Assembly (NCBI GenBank): GCA_944322375.1
Contig: CALUOX010000001.1
Coordinates: 5,392 to 69,391 of the forward strand
DNA length: 64,000 nucleotides
Direction of reading: 5' to 3'
DNA from: an uncultured Alistipes sp.
GTDB taxonomy: Bacteria; Bacteroidota; Bacteroidia; Bacteroidales; Rikenellaceae
Shown: positions 1 through 8,560 of the stretch, piece by piece
Position numbering within the stretch: the first letter of the stretch is position 1
Layout of the letters: each line of letters opens with the position of its first letter
Made by a program: the position numbers and the translations under genes
Notes under the pieces: model-generated
The model's database searches: none
What the model was told of the DNA's origin: nothing
The model's input: the letters and a program-made list of their open reading frames with translations, nothing else

Positions 1-763
1 ACTGCCATCCCACATATCCCTTGTAGGAGATGGAGAAACGTTCGGTGGAGCTTCGCTTGGTGGTGACGAGGATCACGCCGTTCGCGGCCCGTGATCCGTA
101 AATGGAGGAGGAAGCGGCATCCTTGAGGATGGAGATGGATTCGATCAGGGAGGGATCGACGCTGTCCAGACTGCCTTCGATTCCGTCGATGAGTACGAGC
201 GGGGCGGTAGAGCTTCCGCCGAAGGAGTTGATGCCGCGGATGCGGATCGATCCGCTGTCGGCACCGGGGGCGCCGGAGGGGGTCGTTACGGTGACGCCGG
301 GCGCCATGCCCTGCAATGCGACCGACGCGGAGACGACGGGCCGTTTGTCGAATGTCGAGGCGTCGATGGTCGATACGGATCCCGTGACGTTGACTTTTTT
401 CTGCGTTCCGTAGCCGACGACTACCACTTCGTCGATCTGTTCATTGTCGCTCTGGAGGGCGATTTCGTAGTAGGTTTTGGAGGTGATCTCTACCGAAGTG
501 TCTTGGTATCCGATATAGGAAATTGCGAGAAATTGGCCTTTAGAGGCGTTTAGAGTGAATTCACCGTCGGCATTGGTTGTTGTTCCCCCCCCCTCGGGTT
601 GGGCGTTCTCCATGACGATTACGGTGGCTCCTACAAGGGGATCTCCGGCCATGTCGGTAACGATTCCGGTTACGGTAACCTTCTGGGCAAATGCGGCTAC
701 ACTGAGACAGGAGAAGAGGACTGCCATGAGCAGTCTCGTTAACGGGTGTAGTGTTCTTTTCAT
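1..763 (-). CDS. SusC/RagA-family TonB-dependent transporter, N-terminal part (runs off left edge)
   Basis: Not in the ORF track; translated by hand from ATG at 763: MKRTLHPLTRLLMAVLFSCLSVAAFAQKVTVTGIVTD...LVGATVIV...ISYIGY...EVVVVGYGTQKK...VLIDG...ILKDAASSSIYGSRAANGVILVTTK, open to base 1. Signal peptide, carboxypeptidase-regulatory-like domain and SusC plug motif. Confidence 0.95.
   Translation of the reverse strand, partial: MKRTLHPLTRLLMAVLFSCLSVAAFAQKVTVTGIVTDMAGDPLVGATVIVMENAQPEGGGTTTNADGEFTLNASKGQFLAISYIGYQDTSVEITSKTYYEIALQSDNEQIDEVVVVGYGTQKKVNVTGSVSTIDASTFDKRPVVSASVALQGMAPGVTVTTPSGAPGADSGSIRIRGINSFGGSSTAPLVLIDGIEGSLDSVDPSLIESISILKDAASSSIYGSRAANGVILVTTKRSSTERFSISYKGYVGWQ
585..593 (-). 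repeat. G9 homopolymer within left susC (codons 57-60, EGGG)
   Basis: Plus strand reads tgtt-CCCCCCCCC-tcgg; the frame is intact at 9 G. Confidence 0.95.
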
Positions 764-906
764 TGTTTTAAGGTTGAATAAAGAGTTAGCAGGCTGGTGT
801 TCTGGTGTGTTTTAGGTGCAGATGGAGAAGGCTAAGGCCCGGACAGGTTGCAAGTTGATACTTTCATTTTCTTTTCTTTTTTATCATGTTTATTTTGTAA
901 CGACTA

Positions 907-914
907 CAAATATA
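907..914 (-). promoter_or_regulatory. Bacteroidota -7 promoter box (TATATTTG) for left susC
   Basis: Plus strand caaatata is TAnnTTTG on the minus strand, in AT-rich DNA about 145 nt upstream of the ATG. Confidence 0.65.
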
Positions 915-1576
915 AATAAAAAATGTTTATTCCAATGCTTTTTTATGATATATATGGAATATTATAGTCGTTATTTCTGTAAAAAATCATATCAGGGACT
1001 GTTTTCTAATAGTCCAGGTGTGACTGTGTGAATATATGGAGAGTCCAGAACAATATTTCCAATTGAGAAGAATAGACGATTGATATTGAGAGTGTTTTGA
1101 TATGATGTCCGGACCAGTTTGTCCGCCATCTGTTTCTTTTGTTTTGAAGAAAATGCAAACGTTTGCGCAAGGGCGAAATGTATTTATTGTTAGAAGATTT
1201 TGCCCCTTCAAGAGGATTTTTTATAACATTTCGAAGAATAATTATCTACCTCCGGATATCGAAAGAATCAAAATGAAAAGAGGATAATAGTTGAGACGGC
1301 TGTTATATTCAATCAAGGAAGAGTTCTGTCGATACCTTGTTGTTTGATCTTTCCGAGGTTGCCCTTCGATTACGGAGGCGGGTGTCAATAAGAATTGTCG
1401 GCATTCGTGCAGCCCGGTTGGTTCTGCTCGTCGGGGAGGGGCTGCTTGTTTCGTCTGTTTGCAGTGTTCGGCTTTTGTGCAAGTGTTGAATTCCGAGATC
1501 CTGAGCCGAATCGGGTGTTCTGCGGGGGAGGGCATGACGCTGCAGGAATGGCTCTTCTCCGATTTGTTGCGTGGAG

Positions 1577-1625
1577 TTTAAAAGGGAGCGACAGGCTGCA
1601 AACAAGACGCAGCCTGTCGCTCCCT
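1577..1625 (-). terminator. Intrinsic terminator downstream of PHP gene
   Basis: Perfect 17-bp inverted repeat agggagcgacaggctgc/gcagcctgtcgctccct followed by T residues on the minus strand. Confidence 0.7.
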
Positions 1626-1766
1626 CCTGCAGTGACGGTCGATAATCCCAACCGACCGGTCTTTTCACCTCCCCCCCCTCTCCAGGATCTTCCTTTTGCG
1701 CCTTTTCGGGTGGAGGGTGTGGTTGAGATGGATTGTCTTCCCTGCGGAGCTGTCTTCTTCCTCGTG

Positions 1767-2954
1767 CTACAACGCAAACTCGATCTGAAGATGGTCCTTC
1801 TCGGAATACCACATGTTCTCAACGGTCAGATGCAGCGCCTTCCCTTTGGCTACGGTCGTCGTCATCGTCGTAAATGGATTGAGAATAAAGGGATTCTGGC
1901 CCGGAAGGTGCAGAATGTATTGTACCGAGGTGTTGTTTGTCAGAGCGACCGTGCGACGGCCCTTGGCGTCCGTGTGCAGAACGCGCACCTTGACCGATGC
2001 CATGAAGAGGTCTTTCAGCATTTCTTCGTCTCCGGCAATTGTCCCGAAGGAGTAGGCCAGCGTGCGACGTGCCTCGATAGCCTCCCGCAAGGACTCCAGC
2101 GTATTCTCTTTGGCGAAGATCAATGTCATGTTGCGGCGGAATCCCTGCATGCGATAGGCTTCGACCGTCGTGTCGTGGATGTCGGTATTGGACGAGACAA
2201 AGAGATTTCTGGCATGGGCGCGCGCTATGGCCTTGGGGTAGAACTCGCCGCCGTTCATGATCTCGATTCCGTCGATGAGCCCTTCGCCGTACGCCTTGAT
2301 CTCGAACTCGGGATGTTCGAGACTTTTCCGTTCCCAGCCGGGGTGGTTGTGCATGATCAGCGCTCCCTGCGCCCTCGCATTGCGGAGCGACTGAAGCGCA
2401 TCTTCCGCATAGATTGCATTGTTGTCTTTTGTGAAGAGGGCGTTGTAGTGTCCGTATGCGACCGGTTCACGGGTAACCTCGGCTCCGGGGATGATCGTGA
2501 TTCCATATTTCACGGCCGTTTCCTGCGCCAATTTGACCGGAACGTTCAGATCGGATTGAATGCCGCGTTCGTCGCCGGCCTCTCTGATCAGATTGTAGTT
2601 GATGGGCTTTGTCCCTTCGGGGACATATCCTTTGAGGAAGTTGAGCATTTTCCCCTCGAAGCGGCGGTACTCCACATGATCGGTAACGGCCAGGACATCG
2701 AGTCCGTCGTACCAGGCCTCACGAACACGGAATTCGGGGGTACAGTCGCCGTCGGAATAGATCGTATGGGTATGGAGATCGGCCTTGTAGATGTTGTATC
2801 CGTTGACCTGGGGCAGAATGAACTCGGCCCGTTGCGGTGATACCCGCAGGGTGTGCCGCGAGATGTCGGGATTTTTGGCGTCGGGATAGTAATACTGTGC
2901 CGATGCGGAGCAGGCCACCATGAGAGCGGCCAGAAGCATTAAGGTTTTTTTCAT
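1767..2954 (-). CDS. Secreted PHP-domain phosphoesterase (Sb-PDE-like putative phosphodiesterase)
   Basis: Signal peptide MKKTLMLLAALMVACSASAQ; PHP motifs DLHTHT..SDG, AVTDH, GAEVT, HYNALF, NHPGW, NTDIH. Start moved to 2954; -7 box at 2979-2986. Confidence 0.85.
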   Translation of the reverse strand: MKKTLMLLAALMVACSASAQYYYPDAKNPDISRHTLRVSPQRAEFILPQVNGYNIYKADLHTHTIYSDGDCTPEFRVREAWYDGLDVLAVTDHVEYRRFEGKMLNFLKGYVPEGTKPINYNLIREAGDERGIQSDLNVPVKLAQETAVKYGITIIPGAEVTREPVAYGHYNALFTKDNNAIYAEDALQSLRNARAQGALIMHNHPGWERKSLEHPEFEIKAYGEGLIDGIEIMNGGEFYPKAIARAHARNLFVSSNTDIHDTTVEAYRMQGFRRNMTLIFAKENTLESLREAIEARRTLAYSFGTIAGDEEMLKDLFMASVKVRVLHTDAKGRRTVALTNNTSVQYILHLPGQNPFILNPFTTMTTTVAKGKALHLTVENMWYSEKDHLQIEFAL

Positions 2955-3100
2955 GACAGAAAGGTTAATCGTTTCAGGCAAAGATAGGAAAAATATCGCG
3001 AAAAGAGACGTCGTGTTTTGAAATCGTGTCGTTCAGGGTCGTTGTTTTGGCCGGGAGGAGGATTCTCCTTTTTCCTTTTGCGTAGCGGGTGGAGACAAGG

Positions 3101-3145
3101 GAGAGACGGCAATCCCGTTACACCCTAACGGGGATTACCGTCTCT
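3101..3145. terminator. Long hairpin at the end of the glycogen operon
   Basis: About 20-bp near-perfect inverted repeat gagagacggcaatcccgtta / taacgggattaccgtctctc with a 5-nt loop. Confidence 0.6.
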
Positions 3146-3238
3146 CTATGAGTCTGTATTATTCTTCGTATCAGAAGTTCCGTCTGCCTCCCCCTTCTGT
3201 ACGGTCGACCGACCGTCCGTCCGTCGGAAACGGTTTGC

Positions 3239-4453
3239 TCAGGCGCGACGACGGTTCTGCCGGGCCTTGTATGCCTTGTCAACCTCTATTTCGAAGTCCG
3301 AGAGGACATTCATGTAGTTGATGAACGCCTCATAGGAGGATCCGTAGGGGTTGAAGTAGGAGTGTACGTCGCCGTCGGACAACCATTTGGTTGCCATATA
3401 GTAGAAGTGGTCGGAGGTCTGAAGGAAATTCCATACGTAATTGAAATCCTTGTTGTTCAACGCCTTGACCTTCTCCTTCAGCCCGTACAGCTTGGAAAAC
3501 GCTTCGTTCTGCAGCTCATTGCCCAGCCAGGCGGTTACGTCGCGCTCCTCGTCTGCCCAGGACATTTCATGCGGGCAGTGAAGTACGGATACGGGCTGAT
3601 ACTTCTTCGAAGCCTCGCTTACCGTGGCGAACTCCAGCTTGCGTGTGGCCAGCACCTGTTGCGGCAGCGCCTTCATGAAATCGAAAATCCCCGTGTCGGC
3701 TTTCTGGTGCTCGCCGAAGGTTTCATAGTCCATGAAGAGGTTGATCACCTCGCCGGCCATCTCGTCGTCGGCAAGCCAGCCGGCGTATTTCTCGGCCGTC
3801 AGCGGCCACTCCGCCCAGCTGCGGTTCGAGAACCGGAATGCAATGTCGTCGGAGAGTTTGTAGTTGCGCAGCAGCACATGCAGTTTCTGGTTCAATGCGT
3901 TGGCATAGACGTAGTTGGGAGATTTCCATCCCAGGACGTGCTTGGCGCCTTCGGCCAGAATGGTCTTGAAGCCCATCTGTGCGACCATCTCTCCGATGTG
4001 ATCCGAATAGATGAGCTCGGTATTGCGGAAAGCGGTCGGTTTCATCCCGAACTCCTTGCGGACCATGGCCGTGTGGAGCTTTACCTGCTCTTCGAAGTCC
4101 TCCTGCGAGGCGAGCGATGCCAGCGAGTGTGAGTAGGTCTCGGCCAGAAACTCCACGCAGCCCGTCTCGGCCAGTTCGCGGAACGATTCGAGTACTTCGG
4201 GAGCGTAGGCGCGGAACTGTTCGACGACGGTTCCCGTCAGCGAGAACGAGCAGCGGAACCGGCCTTTCTGTTCCTTGATGAGTTTGAGCAGCAGGGCATT
4301 CATCGGCAGATAACATTGCCGTGCGACTTTTTGCAGAATGGCGCGGTTCGACAGGTCGTCGAGGTAGTTGTGGTCCACGCCCATGTTGAAAAACCGGTAG
4401 GTCTTCAGACGCCAGGGTTGATGCACCTGGAAATAAAGACAGATCGTTTTCAT
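3239..4453 (-). CDS. Glycoside hydrolase family 57 (alpha-amylase type)
   Basis: FQVHQP (CSR1), ETYSHSL, FRNTEL (nucleophile), FMDYETFGEH (acid/base). Confidence 0.93.
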   Translation of the reverse strand: MKTICLYFQVHQPWRLKTYRFFNMGVDHNYLDDLSNRAILQKVARQCYLPMNALLLKLIKEQKGRFRCSFSLTGTVVEQFRAYAPEVLESFRELAETGCVEFLAETYSHSLASLASQEDFEEQVKLHTAMVRKEFGMKPTAFRNTELIYSDHIGEMVAQMGFKTILAEGAKHVLGWKSPNYVYANALNQKLHVLLRNYKLSDDIAFRFSNRSWAEWPLTAEKYAGWLADDEMAGEVINLFMDYETFGEHQKADTGIFDFMKALPQQVLATRKLEFATVSEASKKYQPVSVLHCPHEMSWADEERDVTAWLGNELQNEAFSKLYGLKEKVKALNNKDFNYVWNFLQTSDHFYYMATKWLSDGDVHSYFNPYGSSYEAFINYMNVLSDFEIEVDKAYKARQNRRRA

Positions 4454-4626
4454 GCTGGTTATTTCGTTTTAGTATTTTTTCGTGTCATGCGACCGGTCGC
4501 GGGCGTCGCGGAGATTTGGCCTTCTCTGAAGGGCGGCTGTTTGCCGGACGATCCATCGTCGCGCGGTATCTGTCGGCCGGGGCGGGTTGATTTGTTCTTT
4601 GTTTCGTGCGAATCTCTTTTGTCGGG

Positions 4627-5943
4627 TTATTTCCTTGCGGCCGCTTCATCGATGACCTGTTGGTAGATGTCGCGGATCTTTGCTGCGGCGTTGTCCCACT
4701 TCAGTCCCGTTACCTCGTGCAACCCCTTCTCCGCGAACATCTTGGAGAGGGCCGGATAGGTTACCAGACCGTAGATGGCGTCGGAGAGTGCATCGACATC
4801 CCAGTAATCGACCTTGATGGCGTAGTCGAGCACCTCGGCGACACCGCTCTGCTTGGAGATGATGACCGGGACATTCGAACGCATGGCCTCGAGCGGCGAG
4901 ATGCCGAAGGGCTCCGAAACGGAGGGCATGACATAGACATCCGAGAGCTGGAACATGCGGTGAACGTCCTCCCCGCGGAGGAAGCCGGTGAAATGGAACC
5001 GGTCGGCAATACCCAGACGCGCCACTCGCCGAATGATATGGTTCATCATGTCGCCCGATCCGGCCATGACGAACCGGACGTTGGGAACCCGTTTGAGGAC
5101 CTTGGCTGCAGCCTCGACGAAATAGTCGGGCCCCTTCTGATAGGTGATTCGACCGAGGAAGGTGACGATCTTGTCCTTGACGCCGCGTTCGGGCATGGGG
5201 CTCTCCGTTTCGGCGAAGCGCACGGCATTGTGTACCGTTACGACCTTCTCGGCCGGGATTCCGTAACGTGTAATGATGATGTTGCGCGTGAGGTTCGAGA
5301 CGGCGATGACGCGGTCGGCGGCCTCCATTCCGGCGCGTTCGATAGCGTAGGTCTGCGTGTTGATGTTCTCGCCGCTGCGGTCGAACTCCGTGGCATGCAT
5401 GTGCACCACAAGGGGCTTTCCGGAGATCCGCTTGGCGGCGATTCCGGCGAAATAGGTCAGCCAGTCATGGGCGTGGATTACGTCGAACTGTCCCTCCAGA
5501 TCCCGTGCCACCTGTGCCGCCACCATGGCATAGCGTGCCACCTCCTCCATGAGGTTGGCGCCGTATTTTCCGGAGAAGGTGTAGCGCTCTTTCCAGACGT
5601 CGGACTCTCTCCAGCTTTTGTGTCCGCATTTCATGCTGGCTTCGCGATAGGTCTCGAACTCCTCGGGCGAGACGTAGGGGACCATGTTGGAATCGATCTG
5701 GATGAACGACATCTTTTTCCAGAACTCTTCGTCGTGAACTTCGCTCGATGAAAATTGTGTCTCCACATCGCTGGCATTGACCACGCGGACGAAACTCTGG
5801 TCTTCGTCACCGAAGGCACGCGGCATGACGAAAATCACCTCCACGCCATTGTGCGCCAGCCCGCGCGTCATGCCGTAGCAGGCCGTACCGAGACCGCCGG
5901 CGATATGCGGGGGAAATTCCCATCCAAACATCAGAACTCTCAT
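4627..5943 (-). CDS. GT4 glycosyltransferase (glycogen-locus associated)
   Basis: MFGWEFPPHIAGGLG, HAHDW, KGPDYF, EX7E motif SEPFGISPLE. Confidence 0.92.
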   Translation of the reverse strand: MRVLMFGWEFPPHIAGGLGTACYGMTRGLAHNGVEVIFVMPRAFGDEDQSFVRVVNASDVETQFSSSEVHDEEFWKKMSFIQIDSNMVPYVSPEEFETYREASMKCGHKSWRESDVWKERYTFSGKYGANLMEEVARYAMVAAQVARDLEGQFDVIHAHDWLTYFAGIAAKRISGKPLVVHMHATEFDRSGENINTQTYAIERAGMEAADRVIAVSNLTRNIIITRYGIPAEKVVTVHNAVRFAETESPMPERGVKDKIVTFLGRITYQKGPDYFVEAAAKVLKRVPNVRFVMAGSGDMMNHIIRRVARLGIADRFHFTGFLRGEDVHRMFQLSDVYVMPSVSEPFGISPLEAMRSNVPVIISKQSGVAEVLDYAIKVDYWDVDALSDAIYGLVTYPALSKMFAEKGLHEVTGLKWDNAAAKIRDIYQQVIDEAAARK

Positions 5944-5949
5944 GGCTGA

Positions 5950-8151
5950 CTATTTTTTGACGGTTTTACCATCTGTTGTTTTACCTTTGGCAGCGGCCCG
6001 TTTTTTTGCCGTTGCACTCTTTTTGGCCTTGTTCTCCGGCTCCTGCAGCGACTCGGCCCCACCTCTCTTTGTTTTCGTGGCAGCTGCCGTTTTCGCCGCG
6101 GCCGCGGTCTTTGCGGAAGCTGCCGTCGATCTGCTCTTCGCCGTTTTTCCGGCAGCCGGTTTGCTCTTTCCGCCTTTGGGAGCCTTTCCAGTCGTTTCCG
6201 GATCCGATTTGCGGAAACTGCCGGCCCGATCCATGAGCCGGTAAAGCTGCAGGACGGCGCCGACGCTCCAGGCATAGGAGATGGCGCTTTTGGGTGCATA
6301 GGGGGGATCGGCATCGTACATTTTCGAGATCGATCCGATTCCGTGGCACTGGATGTCTTCATCGAAGTTTTCGATGATCTGTTTGACGGTCGGCGTGTAA
6401 TCGGGACCGTAGAGTGTATAGCAGGCCTTTACGTAGAAGGGCAGCGGCCATACCCAGACCGTGCCGTTCATGGCTGCGTGGGCGCGCGTGCGGTCGTCGC
6501 CGGCATAGGTCCCGTTGTAGAGCGGATTTTGCGGCGACAGGGATCGCAGGCCCTTGGGTGTGAGCAGATACTGGTTGACGGTGCGCAGAACGCCGATAAG
6601 CTGTTCTTCGTCAAGCATGGTGTAATTGAGGCCTGCGGCGACGATCATGTTGGGACGGATGAAACGGTTGGTTTCGGCGCCGTTGACGTAATCGGCCAGA
6701 TAGCCCTCGTCGGGCAGCCAGAACATCTCCAGAAACGCTTTCCGGGTCCGTTCGGGCATCTGCTGCCAGGCTTCGACGAACGTCGAGTCCTTTGCTTCGG
6801 CAGCCAGCGTCAGGGTGTAGCATACGGCATTGTACCACAGGGCATTTGTCTCGACCTGATATCCGTTTCGCGGAGTTACGGGACGTCCGTCCACGTAGGA
6901 GTTCATCCAGGTGAGGGCAATTTTGTCGTCCGCAGCCCAGATCAGTCCGTTGTCGTGCAGCGCCACGCGATTTTCGAAACCGTTCCGATACCCTTCGAGG
7001 ATCGCCTTCATTGTCGTTCCGTAACGTTTCCAGATCTCGCGGCTGCCGATCTCCGTTTCGAGCTCCTGCAGCGTATAGAAGAACCAGAGCGGAGCGTCCG
7101 CCTCCTGCAGTGCGGATGCGGAACCGCCGAAGTTGCCGTTGTGCAGGGTCCGGCATACGCAGTCCAGGACGTCGATGCAGTCCTCCTTGTGCTGTTGTTC
7201 AAGCGTGATGCCGGGCAGCGACATGAAGGCTTCGCGTGCGATCTGGGCGGTAAGCCAGGGATAGCCGGCCAACAGTTCGGTCCGGCCGTCGGCACGCCGT
7301 ACGACAAACTGGCGGGCCGAGTGGCGCAGCATGCTGTGGAAGTCGATCTTGTGCGTGCGGCGGCTCAGCGCGCGGTTGAAGAGCTCCTCGATCTCGGCCG
7401 TGGAACGCATCTCCTCGACCGAGGCCGAGAAGATTACGCTCTCGCCCTTGCGGAGCGGAAGCTCGAAATACCCGGTCGTAAGCAGATCCTCGTAGCCGTC
7501 ATATCCGCGTTCGAGCTCCTGCGGATATTCGAACCCGTAGTACCAGTCGGGAGCTGCGATGAATTCGGTGTCGGGCTGGTTCGTCTGGAGATAGAGCCAG
7601 GGATATCCGTCATAGAGTCTGTTCTTGACTCCGTTGAATACCGGATAGGAGCGGCCGTTGGCCTCCATGTTGGCATGTGTCAGCGCCTCCTTGTCGCGAT
7701 AGGCGAAGAAGGGCCGGAGACGAAGGCGGATCACCGACGGCGAATCGACGAGCGTGTAGCGGATCATCAGCTGTGTCCGTTTGTGGATCCACAGCAGCTC
7801 CTTTCGGAGAATGACACCCCCTACGCGATAGGTGATCGTCGGTGTCGGCGTATAGTGGAAGTCGGTGATGTATTTGTGGCCGCGCGGTTCATAGACGCCG
7901 CGATAGCGGTGGATGGCCAGGTTGAACGTCTGGCCCTCCTCGATGATCGTCTCGTCGAGCGACGAGAGCAGCACGCAGGTTCGGTCGCCGTCACCGACGG
8001 GCGCCACCATCAGACCGTGGTACCTCCGGGTATTGCAGCAGACGATGGTGGTGCTCATGTAACCTCCTCTGCGGTCGGTCGAGAGCATCTCGCGTTGCAG
8101 CGAATACTCCAGGTTGCCCAATTCGTTCTTGTCGAAAGTAAGTGCTGACAT
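5950..8151 (-). CDS. Glycogen debranching enzyme (amylo-alpha-1,6-glucosidase) with Lys/Ala-rich C-terminal extension
   Basis: GDE N-terminal motif RRYHGL, LAGYPW, GYQVETNALWYNA, NGTVWVW, AWSVG; extra roughly 90-aa basic tail. Confidence 0.92.
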   Translation of the reverse strand: MSALTFDKNELGNLEYSLQREMLSTDRRGGYMSTTIVCCNTRRYHGLMVAPVGDGDRTCVLLSSLDETIIEEGQTFNLAIHRYRGVYEPRGHKYITDFHYTPTPTITYRVGGVILRKELLWIHKRTQLMIRYTLVDSPSVIRLRLRPFFAYRDKEALTHANMEANGRSYPVFNGVKNRLYDGYPWLYLQTNQPDTEFIAAPDWYYGFEYPQELERGYDGYEDLLTTGYFELPLRKGESVIFSASVEEMRSTAEIEELFNRALSRRTHKIDFHSMLRHSARQFVVRRADGRTELLAGYPWLTAQIAREAFMSLPGITLEQQHKEDCIDVLDCVCRTLHNGNFGGSASALQEADAPLWFFYTLQELETEIGSREIWKRYGTTMKAILEGYRNGFENRVALHDNGLIWAADDKIALTWMNSYVDGRPVTPRNGYQVETNALWYNAVCYTLTLAAEAKDSTFVEAWQQMPERTRKAFLEMFWLPDEGYLADYVNGAETNRFIRPNMIVAAGLNYTMLDEEQLIGVLRTVNQYLLTPKGLRSLSPQNPLYNGTYAGDDRTRAHAAMNGTVWVWPLPFYVKACYTLYGPDYTPTVKQIIENFDEDIQCHGIGSISKMYDADPPYAPKSAISYAWSVGAVLQLYRLMDRAGSFRKSDPETTGKAPKGGKSKPAAGKTAKSRSTAASAKTAAAAKTAAATKTKRGGAESLQEPENKAKKSATAKKRAAAKGKTTDGKTVKK

Positions 8152-8560
8152 GTTTATGTTGTAATTATGTAGTCGTCTTTCCCGTAAAGTTATTGAAAAA
8201 TATTGTTTTTGTCAACGATAAAAACAAAAAAAAAGAACCTTTTGCCGGAGGAATTCCATAGCAGGAACAGTTTTGTTCGCCTCAAAATTCCGTTTCCCGT
8301 CGGATTCGGACGTGGCTGTTCGCATGCAGCACGGCCGGTGCGACCTTGCGGCGCCGAATCGTATGATCGTATCTCCGCGTACCTCCGTATTTGCGGAGGC
8401 TGTCTGCCGATCGTTTGCCGCAACCGGGCTCTGGCGTACAGGCAACTTCCCGTTTCTGCAACCGGCGGGGTATGTCAACGTCTGCGGAGTTCCTGCGCTC
8501 CGGACACGGGACGGCACCGCTTGCGTGCGGCCGGGTGCCCGGAGCGCGTCTCCGCAGGGA

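Noticed and set aside
832-887. Tiny uORFs in susC leaders (MIKKKRK*, MKVSTCNLSGP*; also MNLN* at 60370-60384)
   Set aside because: Short ORFs are expected in AT-rich leaders; no attenuator structure or informative codon run.
880-1340. Possible invertible promoter upstream of the left susC (also checked 60310-60820)
   Set aside because: No inverted repeats of sufficient length flanking the -7 box, and no recombinase in the window.
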